Shown here: one piece after another, positions 6,958-15,429 of the stretch
Numbering within the stretch: position 1 is the first letter of the stretch
Layout: each line of letters starts with the position of its first letter
NCBI GenBank assembly: GCA_016282215.1
Contig: JAEEKC010000111.1
Coordinates: forward strand, 1 to 39,773
Direction of reading: 5' to 3'
Length of the DNA stretch: 39,773 bases
DNA from: Lachnospiraceae bacterium
GTDB lineage: Bacteria; Bacillota; Clostridia; Lachnospirales; Lachnospiraceae
Notes under the pieces: model-generated
What the model saw: the letters and a program-made list of their open reading frames with translations, nothing else
What the model was told of the DNA's origin: nothing
The model's database searches: none
Position numbers and translations under genes: made by a program

Positions 6958-9915
6958 TCACTTTTTCCCCATTTTTTTATTCTGCTCATTTTGCAGATTC
7001 TTTCTCTGCTCCGGCTGGCCTATTTTCAGTTCTTTGTTTCTCTTTAATTCCTTTCCCAGGCCTCTGAACACCTTGTCTGAAAGGCTGCCGTCAGAGAGTT
7101 TCGGTCCTAACTGTTCGTTGAGTTCGGCGTAAGATTTTCCCTCCAACTCGCCTGATTTTTTCAGATGATCTGTCACCGCATCCTGCAAATTCTTATAGTC
7201 TCCTTCGCCGTTTTTGACAATGGCTTTTCGCATCTTCACTGAATGCTCGCCTGATAAAATCTGCAGGGTTACGATCTCTCCCAGCTTTTCATAACCCGCA
7301 TCAAGAGCCTGTTGGTCCGGAACCTGATCATGGCTGAATACCTTTTCGTTTCTGATATCTATATCCAGATCGTTCTTTGTATCCTCTTCGAAAATGGCAT
7401 TTGTCACCCGGCCTTCGAGTCCCATAAAGGGTACGGCATCCCCCATGCTCATGTCTTCAAGCTGCTTTTTGAACTTTGTTTTTAATTTGATCGCCTTATC
7501 CTTCAGTCTGAGCTTTTCCATGTAAACTTTTTCATAGGCCTCAAATCCTTCTTTCGGGTTCTGCAAAGAAATCACTTTTTCCCTGAATTGCCTGTCCTTT
7601 GCAATACGCTTTATTTCCTTTTCATAATTCTTATTAAACTTTTCCTTCTGCATGCCGGCAAGCATACGCTCCCCTTTGTCGGAGGTGAGAATTCCATCGA
7701 TTGATGTATTGTAAGACCATTTCAAAAAGTCCGCGGCCCGATCCCAGTTTTTCGGCAGTGAATCACCCGAGAGGATGCCATCATCCCATGTTGCGGCCGC
7801 GCCTGCGTTATTCGCCGCCTTTCGAACAAGCCTGCGCATTTGCGTGCGCTGATCAGCCACTTTGGCATGCTCATCTTTGATCTGCCGAGCCTGCGCATTT
7901 GCGTGAAGATTGCCAAAGCTGACATTCACTTCTTTTGCTTCCTTCTCGGTCTGCGCGCTGATCTCAGTCAGGCTCTTTCTTTCCTCGGCGCTTCCCGTAA
8001 ACTCCGGTCCGAGTGTGCCTCGTTTTTCATACACCTCCATGGTCTCTAGGAAACGCTCCGTCTTGTCCATGGCCTTCTGCGAAGTCTCGAGACGCTTTTT
8101 CCCGTTCCCGAAAACCGCCTTGTAAAAGACGTTTCTGGTCTTTTCGTACTGGGCGGCTGCCGTCTTGTATTCTCTCAGAGCCTGTTGCAGCTGCCTGAAA
8201 TCGCCTGTCTTTTCCTGTCCGCCACTAAGATCTGTCAGGGCGATCACCTTGTTCAGCGCCCTTGTCATATTCCTGTAGTATTCAGAACCCTCTTCCTTTG
8301 TAGCCTTTTTTCCCGGCTGATCAAAATTGGCATTTTTATCCTTCTGCGTGCTTATCAGCGCCTCTCTGTCCGCTACAAGTTTCCGGTGCATATCACCGAT
8401 CTCCTGCAAAAGGGCGATCTTATTGTTCACCTTTGAGATCTGCTTCCATTTCTCCCGCATCACCTCATCGGCCTGTTTCTCCGGCTGCTGTATCCCGGGC
8501 TGCTCATTTACGATCTCCCTGTTTTCTTTTTGCTGCTGCGGTGCGATCTGCTCTTCTTTAATTTCTTCTTTAATTTCTTCTTTCTGCTGTTCCTTTTGCT
8601 CTTCTTTAATCTCTTCTTTCTGCTCTTCTTTCTGCTCCTCCGGAATCACCATACCGACAGCCTGATCCTCCTTCGGACCATCGGGCGCTGCGGCCTGCTG
8701 CTCATTAACCGGATCATCCTGTTCTTTCTGATCCGCCTCATTTTCCAGTTCATCCTGCGCTTTTTTTTCTGCGTTTTCCCGCGCTTCCTGTGTGAGTTCC
8801 TCTTCGCATTTGGCAAGCGCATCCATGACCGGCGGATCTTCTGCATTGATAAACGCATCGAGTTCCTTACTCAGATCGGATGCTTTTCCTTTTTTCAAAA
8901 ACGCAAACGTCTTTTCCGGATCTTTCAGGATCCCCTCCTGCTTGATGGCCGCAGTACCCATCCCTTCCGTCACCTTGCAAACGGGCAGCATCTGGTCGCC
9001 GACCTGCTGCTGCGATGTTTCTATCTTAACGGACCCGAATATATGCATATTGTTTTCGAGACGCTCAGCGGCGTCTGAAATAGTTTTGCCATTGATCCTG
9101 TTTGAATCCATGCCATTGATGGCATAACGTACCTGGGCGACATCATCAAGATTATGGATCGTCAGCGTTTTTTCCTGCCTGTTTTCCGTCAGGACCAGAT
9201 TTTCATATCCGGCCTGCAAATGGGCCGTCACCGCAAAAGCATTGTTCGCCAGTTCTTCGCAGTTTTTCAGTTCTTCCTGCGAAACGGACTTTTCAAGAAA
9301 CCTTCTCGAATCTTCTGCATATACTTCCGCTCCGCCATGAGGGATTCCCAGAACAACTGTTTGCTCCATGCCGGTATAACATGTCTGCAGAATATTACCG
9401 ATCAGCAGTGACTGCCCTGCATAGTCTTCCATCTGCTTCGGATCGGAATAATCGATATTCGGCATCGTATATTCGGCAAGTTTATCCACCGTTGCCTTAT
9501 AAAGATTCGGCCAGATCATGAGTTTTTCCGGACTTGCTGCTACCGTGTTTCCGTCGCTGTCGAGTTCCTGAACCGCAGTTTCTCTGATAAAGTCATTAAA
9601 CTCTTCGACAGCATCCGTCAATTTCTCATGATCATTCGTGATATGATAGGCCTCATCCACCGACATGCCCTTTTCCGCGATCAGCCATATATAGAACTCT
9701 TCATAGTTCTCGCCATAAAACTCAAATGTATTTTGGCTGGCAGCCGCAAAATTACGGGGCTGAAATCTGGTCAGCAGGTTCACTTTTGCTTTTTCAAAAA
9801 TACCGAATCCGATCCCCAAATCATCTGCAATGTTTTCTGTCGGAATGGTAACGGATACATCCGTCGCCGGATCGATCAGGATCTGCTCTTCATTGATATT
9901 CTCAACTTCTTTCAT
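6958..9915 (-). CDS. 985-aa K/E-rich protein of unknown function (no signal peptide or TM segment seen)
   Basis: Uninterrupted 985-codon ORF. ATG at 9915 has a GGGAGA RBS 5 nt upstream. There is a central EEQKEEQKEEIKEEQKEQQKEEIKEEIKEEQ tract and a basic C-terminal tail. I recognise no domain. Confidence 0.7.
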   Translation of the reverse strand: MKEVENINEEQILIDPATDVSVTIPTENIADDLGIGFGIFEKAKVNLLTRFQPRNFAAASQNTFEFYGENYEEFYIWLIAEKGMSVDEAYHITNDHEKLTDAVEEFNDFIRETAVQELDSDGNTVAASPEKLMIWPNLYKATVDKLAEYTMPNIDYSDPKQMEDYAGQSLLIGNILQTCYTGMEQTVVLGIPHGGAEVYAEDSRRFLEKSVSQEELKNCEELANNAFAVTAHLQAGYENLVLTENRQEKTLTIHNLDDVAQVRYAINGMDSNRINGKTISDAAERLENNMHIFGSVKIETSQQQVGDQMLPVCKVTEGMGTAAIKQEGILKDPEKTFAFLKKGKASDLSKELDAFINAEDPPVMDALAKCEEELTQEARENAEKKAQDELENEADQKEQDDPVNEQQAAAPDGPKEDQAVGMVIPEEQKEEQKEEIKEEQKEQQKEEIKEEIKEEQIAPQQQKENREIVNEQPGIQQPEKQADEVMREKWKQISKVNNKIALLQEIGDMHRKLVADREALISTQKDKNANFDQPGKKATKEEGSEYYRNMTRALNKVIALTDLSGGQEKTGDFRQLQQALREYKTAAAQYEKTRNVFYKAVFGNGKKRLETSQKAMDKTERFLETMEVYEKRGTLGPEFTGSAEERKSLTEISAQTEKEAKEVNVSFGNLHANAQARQIKDEHAKVADQRTQMRRLVRKAANNAGAAATWDDGILSGDSLPKNWDRAADFLKWSYNTSIDGILTSDKGERMLAGMQKEKFNKNYEKEIKRIAKDRQFREKVISLQNPKEGFEAYEKVYMEKLRLKDKAIKLKTKFKKQLEDMSMGDAVPFMGLEGRVTNAIFEEDTKNDLDIDIRNEKVFSHDQVPDQQALDAGYEKLGEIVTLQILSGEHSVKMRKAIVKNGEGDYKNLQDAVTDHLKKSGELEGKSYAELNEQLGPKLSDGSLSDKVFRGLGKELKRNKELKIGQPEQRKNLQNEQNKKMGKK
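8549..8640 (-). repeat. Low-complexity coding repeat (E-E-[QI]-K units) inside the 985-aa ORF
   Basis: The plus strand shows iterated ctcttctttaat(t/c)tcttctttctg units, which translate on the minus strand to EEQKEEIKEEQKE... Confidence 0.8.
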
Positions 9916-10038
9916 ATTGATCTCCCGAAATTTCTCATTCTTTTATTGAATCCGGTTTTTACTACAGACAAAAATGTCTGCCCTGTGTCATCTGTTCCTA
10001 CTACAAATACACCCCTGGTCCCGATTTGGTTGCACGGA

Positions 10039-12303
10039 TCAGAGTTTTTCAAAATCCTCTAAGGGCATGGGCTTTGCAAAATGATATCCCTGGAACAGTT
10101 TGCACCCCATGTCAGCCAGCATCCTGTACTGTTCTTCCAATTCCACGCCCTCGGTCAGCGCCGTAATGCCCAGTTCCTGGGACATTTTAATGATGTGCTG
10201 CAAAATGATGGAGGTTCTCTCATCATCTTTGGCATTTTGCAGGAACATCATATCGATCTTCAATACATCGATGGGCATGTCCTTGAGCATATTGAAGGAA
10301 GAATAACCGCTGCCGAAATCATCCATTTCCACGATAAATCCCGCCTGCCTGAACTGCTCCAAAACATCGATCCTGCGGGCTGCATCGGACATCATAACGG
10401 ATTCCGTGATCTCGATCCTGAGTTTCTTCGGTTCCACCCGGTATTCTTCTACCAGGTTTTTGATCTCATCAACCACATCCATGAAGTAAAAATCCCTGGG
10501 TGAGATATTGACGGAAATAAACTGCCCCCTGCCCTCTGTTTTCCACTTTGCCAGGGTTTCGCAGGCACAGCGCCACATATGCAGATCCACCTGTGCGATC
10601 ATGCCGTTTTTCTCAAGAACGGGAAGAAAGAGGCTCGGGGATAAAAGTCCTTTTTCCGGGTGGATCCAGCGCACAAGCGCCTCTGCTCCCACGATCTTTC
10701 CAGTGCCATCCACAATGGCCTGGAAATACGGCAGGATCTGTCCTTCCCGAAGGGCCCTTGTCAGTTCAGCCGAGATCTGCTGGCTGAAGAGGGCTTTTTT
10801 GCGCATTTCGTCATTATACCAGGCAATATGCACCTGATACTCTTCCTTGACCGTGGAAAAAGCAATCCTGGCGCGGTCAAACATCACGGATACATCGATC
10901 CCCGTTTCCACCGCCCGGTACACGCCGATATGGATCAAAATGCTATGCGTGTTTTCTCCGTCTTCCACTTCAAAATCCGAAAGGATCTGTTCCATGTAAC
11001 CTGTATCAAACTCCACTGCCGGCATGCAGACGCCGAAGGTATCGCCCACCAGCCTGCCTGCCACGCCATGCTGTGACAGCCCTTTGCCGATCCGGTCGGC
11101 AATACTGCAAAGCACCCGGTCCCCGAAGGCCATGCCGTAGACTTCATTGATCATCTTAAACTCGCTGATGTCGGAATAAATGATCAGATATTCCGTATCG
11201 GGATGGGTATCCATGAGTTTTTTTGTCTGCTCATAGAGATATTCCCTGTTATACAGGCCTGTCAACTGGTCATGGGTTGCATTGTAGCGTTCCCTCTGCA
11301 GTTCCAGCTCCTGCTTTGTATAATCCTCCGCACTGATAAAGCAGCCCACCGTCCGCTGGTGGTCATCGATCACGGCATGCTTTTCCAGCACGAAATACCG
11401 TGTCTGGTCCTCGCCGTCTTTGATCTCCTTTTTCCGCGACCATTCACTGCCGTGCAGATCGATCGCACCGAAAGTTTCTTCCAGATAGGCTGCGGCCATG
11501 GCAAAATTCTCATCTTTAATATCCGCCAGTTTGATCCCGGAATCATTTGCCCAGATGCACTGCCCGGTCACATCAAAAAAGAACAGGCTCTCCTGCATAT
11601 CCGCTGCCAGGTTTGCCAGCATGCTGTCCAAAAGCCGCATGGGCCTGTAGTGAAGGGAAAAATAAAAAGCCAGAATCCCGAAGGCACCGAAGCCGATCAT
11701 GGACCGGTCAACCGGTGTACCCGAAGCAATATAGAAAGTCTCCCAGAGACCGACTGCAGACATGGAGATAAAGATCACGGAAAACCGTTCGGAATAGATC
11801 TTGGGAGAGTGCATGGTCTTGATGAAAAATACCATCAAGATAAACAGAAAGATGCCGTAGTCCAGCATCCTGTGAAAGGCCTGTCCGTTATAGGCCACGA
11901 GTTTAAAATAGATCTCATCATCGACCAGGATCTCTTCTGTCGAAAAGGCCTGACCGAAGAATGGGTTTAGTGCATACTGCACCACATCAGCGATCAGCAG
12001 CAGATAGACACCGATCTGCAGCAGTTTGTTTTTCCAGGTGATACCGCAATACTGCATGGTAAAATACAGCAGCGCAAAGATCACCGCATCCATACCGAGG
12101 AAATACACATAATAACCGACCGTCGCCGTCATTCTGTCCACGGAACTGATGATGATCAGGTTTCCGAGCACCGGCGGGATCAGCATTGCCAGCAAAAAAG
12201 TGACAGCCTTCCGGATCGGTTTCCGGCTGCTTGCCGCCATCACCGCGCAGATACCGCAGGCCACAGCCATGACTGCGAAGATCAATGAATATTGTGCTCT
12301 CAT
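10039..12303 (-). CDS. Membrane-anchored c-di-GMP phosphodiesterase: multi-TM N-terminus, degenerate GGDEF, intact EAL
   Basis: EAL-domain motifs are all present: EALVRW, ISVNISPRDF, EITES, DDFGSGYSS, KIDMMF, EGVE, QGYHFAKP. The GGDEF signature reads RLVGDTFGV (VGDTF instead of GG[DE]EF). The N-terminal ~220 aa are hydrophobic helices. I prefer the ATG at 12303 (AGGTGG 5 nt upstream) over the GTG at 12312. Confidence 0.9.
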   Translation of the reverse strand: MRAQYSLIFAVMAVACGICAVMAASSRKPIRKAVTFLLAMLIPPVLGNLIIISSVDRMTATVGYYVYFLGMDAVIFALLYFTMQYCGITWKNKLLQIGVYLLLIADVVQYALNPFFGQAFSTEEILVDDEIYFKLVAYNGQAFHRMLDYGIFLFILMVFFIKTMHSPKIYSERFSVIFISMSAVGLWETFYIASGTPVDRSMIGFGAFGILAFYFSLHYRPMRLLDSMLANLAADMQESLFFFDVTGQCIWANDSGIKLADIKDENFAMAAAYLEETFGAIDLHGSEWSRKKEIKDGEDQTRYFVLEKHAVIDDHQRTVGCFISAEDYTKQELELQRERYNATHDQLTGLYNREYLYEQTKKLMDTHPDTEYLIIYSDISEFKMINEVYGMAFGDRVLCSIADRIGKGLSQHGVAGRLVGDTFGVCMPAVEFDTGYMEQILSDFEVEDGENTHSILIHIGVYRAVETGIDVSVMFDRARIAFSTVKEEYQVHIAWYNDEMRKKALFSQQISAELTRALREGQILPYFQAIVDGTGKIVGAEALVRWIHPEKGLLSPSLFLPVLEKNGMIAQVDLHMWRCACETLAKWKTEGRGQFISVNISPRDFYFMDVVDEIKNLVEEYRVEPKKLRIEITESVMMSDAARRIDVLEQFRQAGFIVEMDDFGSGYSSFNMLKDMPIDVLKIDMMFLQNAKDDERTSIILQHIIKMSQELGITALTEGVELEEQYRMLADMGCKLFQGYHFAKPMPLEDFEKL

Positions 12304-12312
12304 ATTCCCCAC

Positions 12313-12765
12313 CTATCTTTTAAACCGCACCTTACCGGCAGAATTGTTCTGGTTTTCTGCAAACGGATTCTTTTTTCTGAGACTGAAGGCAGTCACACCA
12401 AATGCCTGCTTTAAGTCGCCTGTCAGGCTCGCATAGCACTCCTTGCAGTATCTTCCACCGCTGATCTTCTTACCGCATTTATGACAGGTCAGAAAGTAAT
12501 CCTCTTCATTGGCAACCGCCAGCTCTCCGCTTTCCAGACAATATTCCACCACTTCACGGCTGATGCCGGTTTCATAGACGATATCTTTTATAGTCGCGCC
12601 CTGGTTTGCCCGCAGGAACTCAGAGATCACGCCGAAATCATCAAGCTGGATGTTCCCACACGCCGGACAGATATAACTGCCCAGTCCGTGATACTCAAGT
12701 TTTGTTCCGCATTTTTCGCATTCTGTCGGTACTTTGACCGGACTGATATGGATATCTTCACTCAT
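12313..12765 (-). CDS. Zn-ribbon / HTH-like small protein (150 aa), adjacent to and probably co-transcribed with the EAL gene
   Basis: Four CxxC pairs are present: CEKCG...CPACG and CHKCG...CKEC. The central ATIKDIVYETGISREVVEYCL is HTH-like. Its stop TAG (12313..12315) abuts the next ORF. Confidence 0.65.
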   Translation of the reverse strand: MSEDIHISPVKVPTECEKCGTKLEYHGLGSYICPACGNIQLDDFGVISEFLRANQGATIKDIVYETGISREVVEYCLESGELAVANEEDYFLTCHKCGKKISGGRYCKECYASLTGDLKQAFGVTAFSLRKKNPFAENQNNSAGKVRFKR

Positions 12766-12790
12766 GTTTGTTTCCCCGAATTCATTATTT

Positions 12791-12831
12791 GTTTTTCGGC
12801 TTCGTATTTTTCATAACGGACTTTACACTAC
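12791..12831 (-). promoter_or_regulatory. Conserved ~40-nt leader element, copy A (upstream of the Zn-ribbon/EAL operon)
   Basis: Sense strand: GTAGTGTAAAGTCCGTTATGAAAAATACGAAGCCGAAAAAC, ending 25 nt before the ATG at 12765. It lies downstream of the candidate promoter at 12856..12885. Confidence 0.6.
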
Positions 12832-12855
12832 TTTTTTTGGAAGCCTATAAAGAAT

Positions 12856-12885
12856 ATTTTACCTATTCCAAGCCCCTGTTGTCAA
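12856..12885 (-). promoter_or_regulatory. Candidate sigma-A promoter TTGACA-N18-TAAAAT
   Basis: -35 TTGACA is the complement of 12880..12885 and -10 TAAAAT is the complement of 12856..12861. The predicted TSS is near 12849. Confidence 0.5.
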
Positions 12886-12925
12886 GGTTACCCAGTCTCT
12901 CAACCTCCGTATTTTCAATAGTTTT

Positions 12926-13510
12926 TCAAAGAGACTTTCTGTTGGCAAGGTACCCGATAACTGCACCGATGATCCCGCCGATGATATGAGACAGATTAGC
13001 GATATCATCCCTGACAAAGATTGCCTGAATGATCTGGCCGCCGATAAAGATCAGAGCGATCAGAATAAAGGTCACGGGGATCTGGCCTGCCTTAAACTCC
13101 GTAAAGGAAGTCATCAGGATAAATGCAAAGACCACACAACTGGCACCGCAGAGCATCACCTTCGGGAACAGGATGAAGTTCACCAGTCCCGTTGCAAATG
13201 CCGTGATCACCATCACCTGGATCAGCATTTTGCTGCCGTACTTTTCTTCCAGCATGGGACCGAGCAGCAGGATATAGGTGATATTCCCGAAAAAATGATC
13301 CCATCCGCTATGGCCGAAGATATGGGTAAAAAAACGAAGATAAGTCAGCGGCGATGCCAGGGAATACCGGTAGGTGGAAAACAAAAGCTGCGTTGCCGCC
13401 CCGCCGGTCAGTGCGCCGATCAGAAGCGATATCAGGCAGATCAGCGAAAAGACAAGGGTCACAGGTGCGTTAAATGTAATCTTCAGTTTCTGCATATTCA
13501 ATTTCTTCAT
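12926..13510 (-). CDS. Rhomboid-family intramembrane serine protease
   Basis: Six hydrophobic helices. HIFGHSGWDHFFGN matches the H..H...N motif, GASCVVFAF matches the GxS catalytic Ser motif, and SHIIGGIIGAVIGY matches the catalytic His in an H..G..G helix. Confidence 0.8.
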   Translation of the reverse strand: MKKLNMQKLKITFNAPVTLVFSLICLISLLIGALTGGAATQLLFSTYRYSLASPLTYLRFFTHIFGHSGWDHFFGNITYILLLGPMLEEKYGSKMLIQVMVITAFATGLVNFILFPKVMLCGASCVVFAFILMTSFTEFKAGQIPVTFILIALIFIGGQIIQAIFVRDDIANLSHIIGGIIGAVIGYLANRKSL

Positions 13511-13591
13511 GGATTTGCATTTCCTTATTGATCAGAATTATAAGCTTCGAATTTTAAAAATCCGCATGGTTTTGAATCGTTGCCATATAAG

Positions 13592-13628
13592 CAGGCAAAC
13601 CCCGCAGCCGCGCTGCGGGGTTTGCCTG
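13592..13628 (-). terminator. Strong hairpin terminator after hydA
   Basis: Sense strand: CAGGCAAACCCCGCAGC-GCG-GCTGCGGGGTTTGCCTG, a 17-bp perfect stem starting 9 nt after the hydA stop. The U-tract is poor (CTTATAT), so efficiency is uncertain. Confidence 0.65.
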
Positions 13629-13636
13629 AAAACTCA

Positions 13637-15415
13637 TCACTCTTCAATATCGTTGAAGCCCACCCGTCCTTCATAGGTGGTATGCAGCAGTTCATGGGCC
13701 TTGTGTCCGTTCGGCTCGCCGAGGAATTTCTCATACAGATCAAGGATCTGCGGATTGTTGTGGGATTGGCGGATGGTCTGTTTCTCATCTTCGGAGTACA
13801 GTGCCTGCGCCCTCTTTTCCTTGTAGGTATCGAGGATATCATCATCCTCATCAGGCAGGAAGAACTCTCTGACATAAGGCTGTCCGCCACCGTTGATGCA
13901 GCCGCCGGGACATCCCATGATCTCGATGAACTGGTATTTTGATTTTCCTTCCCGGATTTCATCAAGGAGCACCTTGGCCGCCTTCATACCTGAAGCGATG
14001 GCAACCCATACCTTTGTTCCTTCGATATCCACCTCTGCTTCCCTCAGTCCGCCGTCATGGCCGCGGACTTCCGTAAACTCGATGGGTTCTGCTTCTTTTC
14101 CGGACAGTTTGTAATAAGCGGTACGAAGCGCTGCTTCCATCACGCCGCCGGTGACACCAAAGATAACAGCCGCGCCGGTGTACTGTCCCATGATATCGCG
14201 GTCCCATTCCTCATCGGGAAGCATATTGTAAATGATACCACCGCGCTTGATCATGCGGGCCAGCTCTCTGGTGGTGATGACTGCATCCACATCAGGGATA
14301 CCATTCACTTTCAGCTGCTCTCTTTCCTTCTCAAACTTCTTGGCCGTACAAGGCATAACGGATACGACAAAGACATCCTCAGGTGCCACATCATGCTCTT
14401 TCGCCCAGTAACTCTTGATGATCGCACCCTGCATCTGATGGGGCGATTTGCAGGAAGACAGGTGATCTAAAAGATCGGAATAATTATACTCTGCGTAGTT
14501 GACCCAGCCGGGCGAACAGGAAGTGATCATGGGCAGGACACCGTCATTTTTCAGTCTGCCGATCAACTCGGTTGCCTCTTCCATAATGGTCAGGTCAGCG
14601 CCGAAGTTTACGTCATATACCCTGGAAAAACCAAGCCTTCTCATGGCTGCGATCATCTTGCCGGTTGTGGGGGTTCCGATCTTGTATCCGAATTCTTCAC
14701 CGATGGCTGCACGGACTGCAGGCGCTGCCTGTGCAATGACCACCTTGCCCTCTGCAAGGGCCTTATCTACTTTATCGATCTCGGAATGCTCCATCAGCGC
14801 GCCGGTAGGACAAACATTGACGCACTGGCCGCACTGGATGCAGGGCGAATCCGTAAAGGATCTGTCACCGGCAGGGGAAACAAAGGTTTCAAAGCCACGT
14901 CCCTCATAGCCGAGAATGCCGAGTCCATGGGCGTTCTTACATCTCTCGATACAGCGTCCGCAAAGGATACACTTGGAAGTATCACGCACCAGGGACGGTG
15001 CCACTTTATCCAAATGCACCTCGGAGTGTACGCCGCCGAACACATCTGCCCTGGCGCCGGTTACATTGGCTACGTGGAGCAGCTCGCACTTTCCGTTTTT
15101 ATCACACTGCTGGCAGAACTGGTTATGATCGGAAAGCAGAAGCTCTACGCTCATTCTTCTCGCTGCGGTAGCGGCCGGTGAGGAAATGGTGATCTCCATA
15201 CCGTCATTTACCGGATAGACGCAGCTGGCAACCAGGCCTCTTGCACCTTTCACTTCTACCAGACAGACGCGGCAGGAACCCCTGTTGCATTCCCCGTGGT
15301 TAAAATCGCAAAGGGAAGGGATCTCGTAACCGCATTTTCTTGCCGCCTCCAAAATGGTAAGGCCTTCTTCGACCTGATGGCGGACACCTTCGATCTTTAT
15401 ATTTACTAATGCCAT
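13637..15415 (-). CDS. hydA: [FeFe]-hydrogenase catalytic subunit (M3-type: 2Fe-2S, His-ligated 4Fe-4S, 2x 4Fe-4S ferredoxin, H-cluster domain)
   Basis: H-cluster motifs are present: ITSCSPGW (L1 variant), VMPCTAKKFE (L2), EIMGCPGGCINGGGQP (L3). The N-terminal part has CDFNHGECNRGSCRVC, HNQFCQQCDKNGKC, CILCGRCIERC and CIQCGQCVNVCP. The RBS is GGGAGGG. Confidence 0.93.
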   Translation of the reverse strand: MALVNIKIEGVRHQVEEGLTILEAARKCGYEIPSLCDFNHGECNRGSCRVCLVEVKGARGLVASCVYPVNDGMEITISSPAATAARRMSVELLLSDHNQFCQQCDKNGKCELLHVANVTGARADVFGGVHSEVHLDKVAPSLVRDTSKCILCGRCIERCKNAHGLGILGYEGRGFETFVSPAGDRSFTDSPCIQCGQCVNVCPTGALMEHSEIDKVDKALAEGKVVIAQAAPAVRAAIGEEFGYKIGTPTTGKMIAAMRRLGFSRVYDVNFGADLTIMEEATELIGRLKNDGVLPMITSCSPGWVNYAEYNYSDLLDHLSSCKSPHQMQGAIIKSYWAKEHDVAPEDVFVVSVMPCTAKKFEKEREQLKVNGIPDVDAVITTRELARMIKRGGIIYNMLPDEEWDRDIMGQYTGAAVIFGVTGGVMEAALRTAYYKLSGKEAEPIEFTEVRGHDGGLREAEVDIEGTKVWVAIASGMKAAKVLLDEIREGKSKYQFIEIMGCPGGCINGGGQPYVREFFLPDEDDDILDTYKEKRAQALYSEDEKQTIRQSHNNPQILDLYEKFLGEPNGHKAHELLHTTYEGRVGFNDIEE

Positions 15416-15429
15416 CTTCTATACCCTCC

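Noticed and set aside
9952-9967. A possible sixth, degenerate copy of the leader element upstream of the 985-aa ORF (sense CTGTAGTAAAAACCGG versus GGTAGTGTAAAGTCCGG).
   Set aside because: Only about 12 of 17 core positions match. The downstream TATGAA and CGAAAAAC parts are missing. It is too weak to call without a statistical model.
9965-9980. Hairpin CAGAC-ATTTTT-GTCTG after the EAL gene, considered as a terminator.
   Set aside because: It has only a 5-bp stem, and the T-run lies in the loop rather than after the stem. It is too weak to annotate.
12791-12831. The leader element read as a sigma-28/SigD promoter (TAAAG ... GCCGAAAA).
   Set aside because: The spacing between TAAA and GCCGA is ~21 nt rather than 15-16. 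Copies C1/C2 have GCAGAG instead of TAAAG, and copy D lacks GCCGA.
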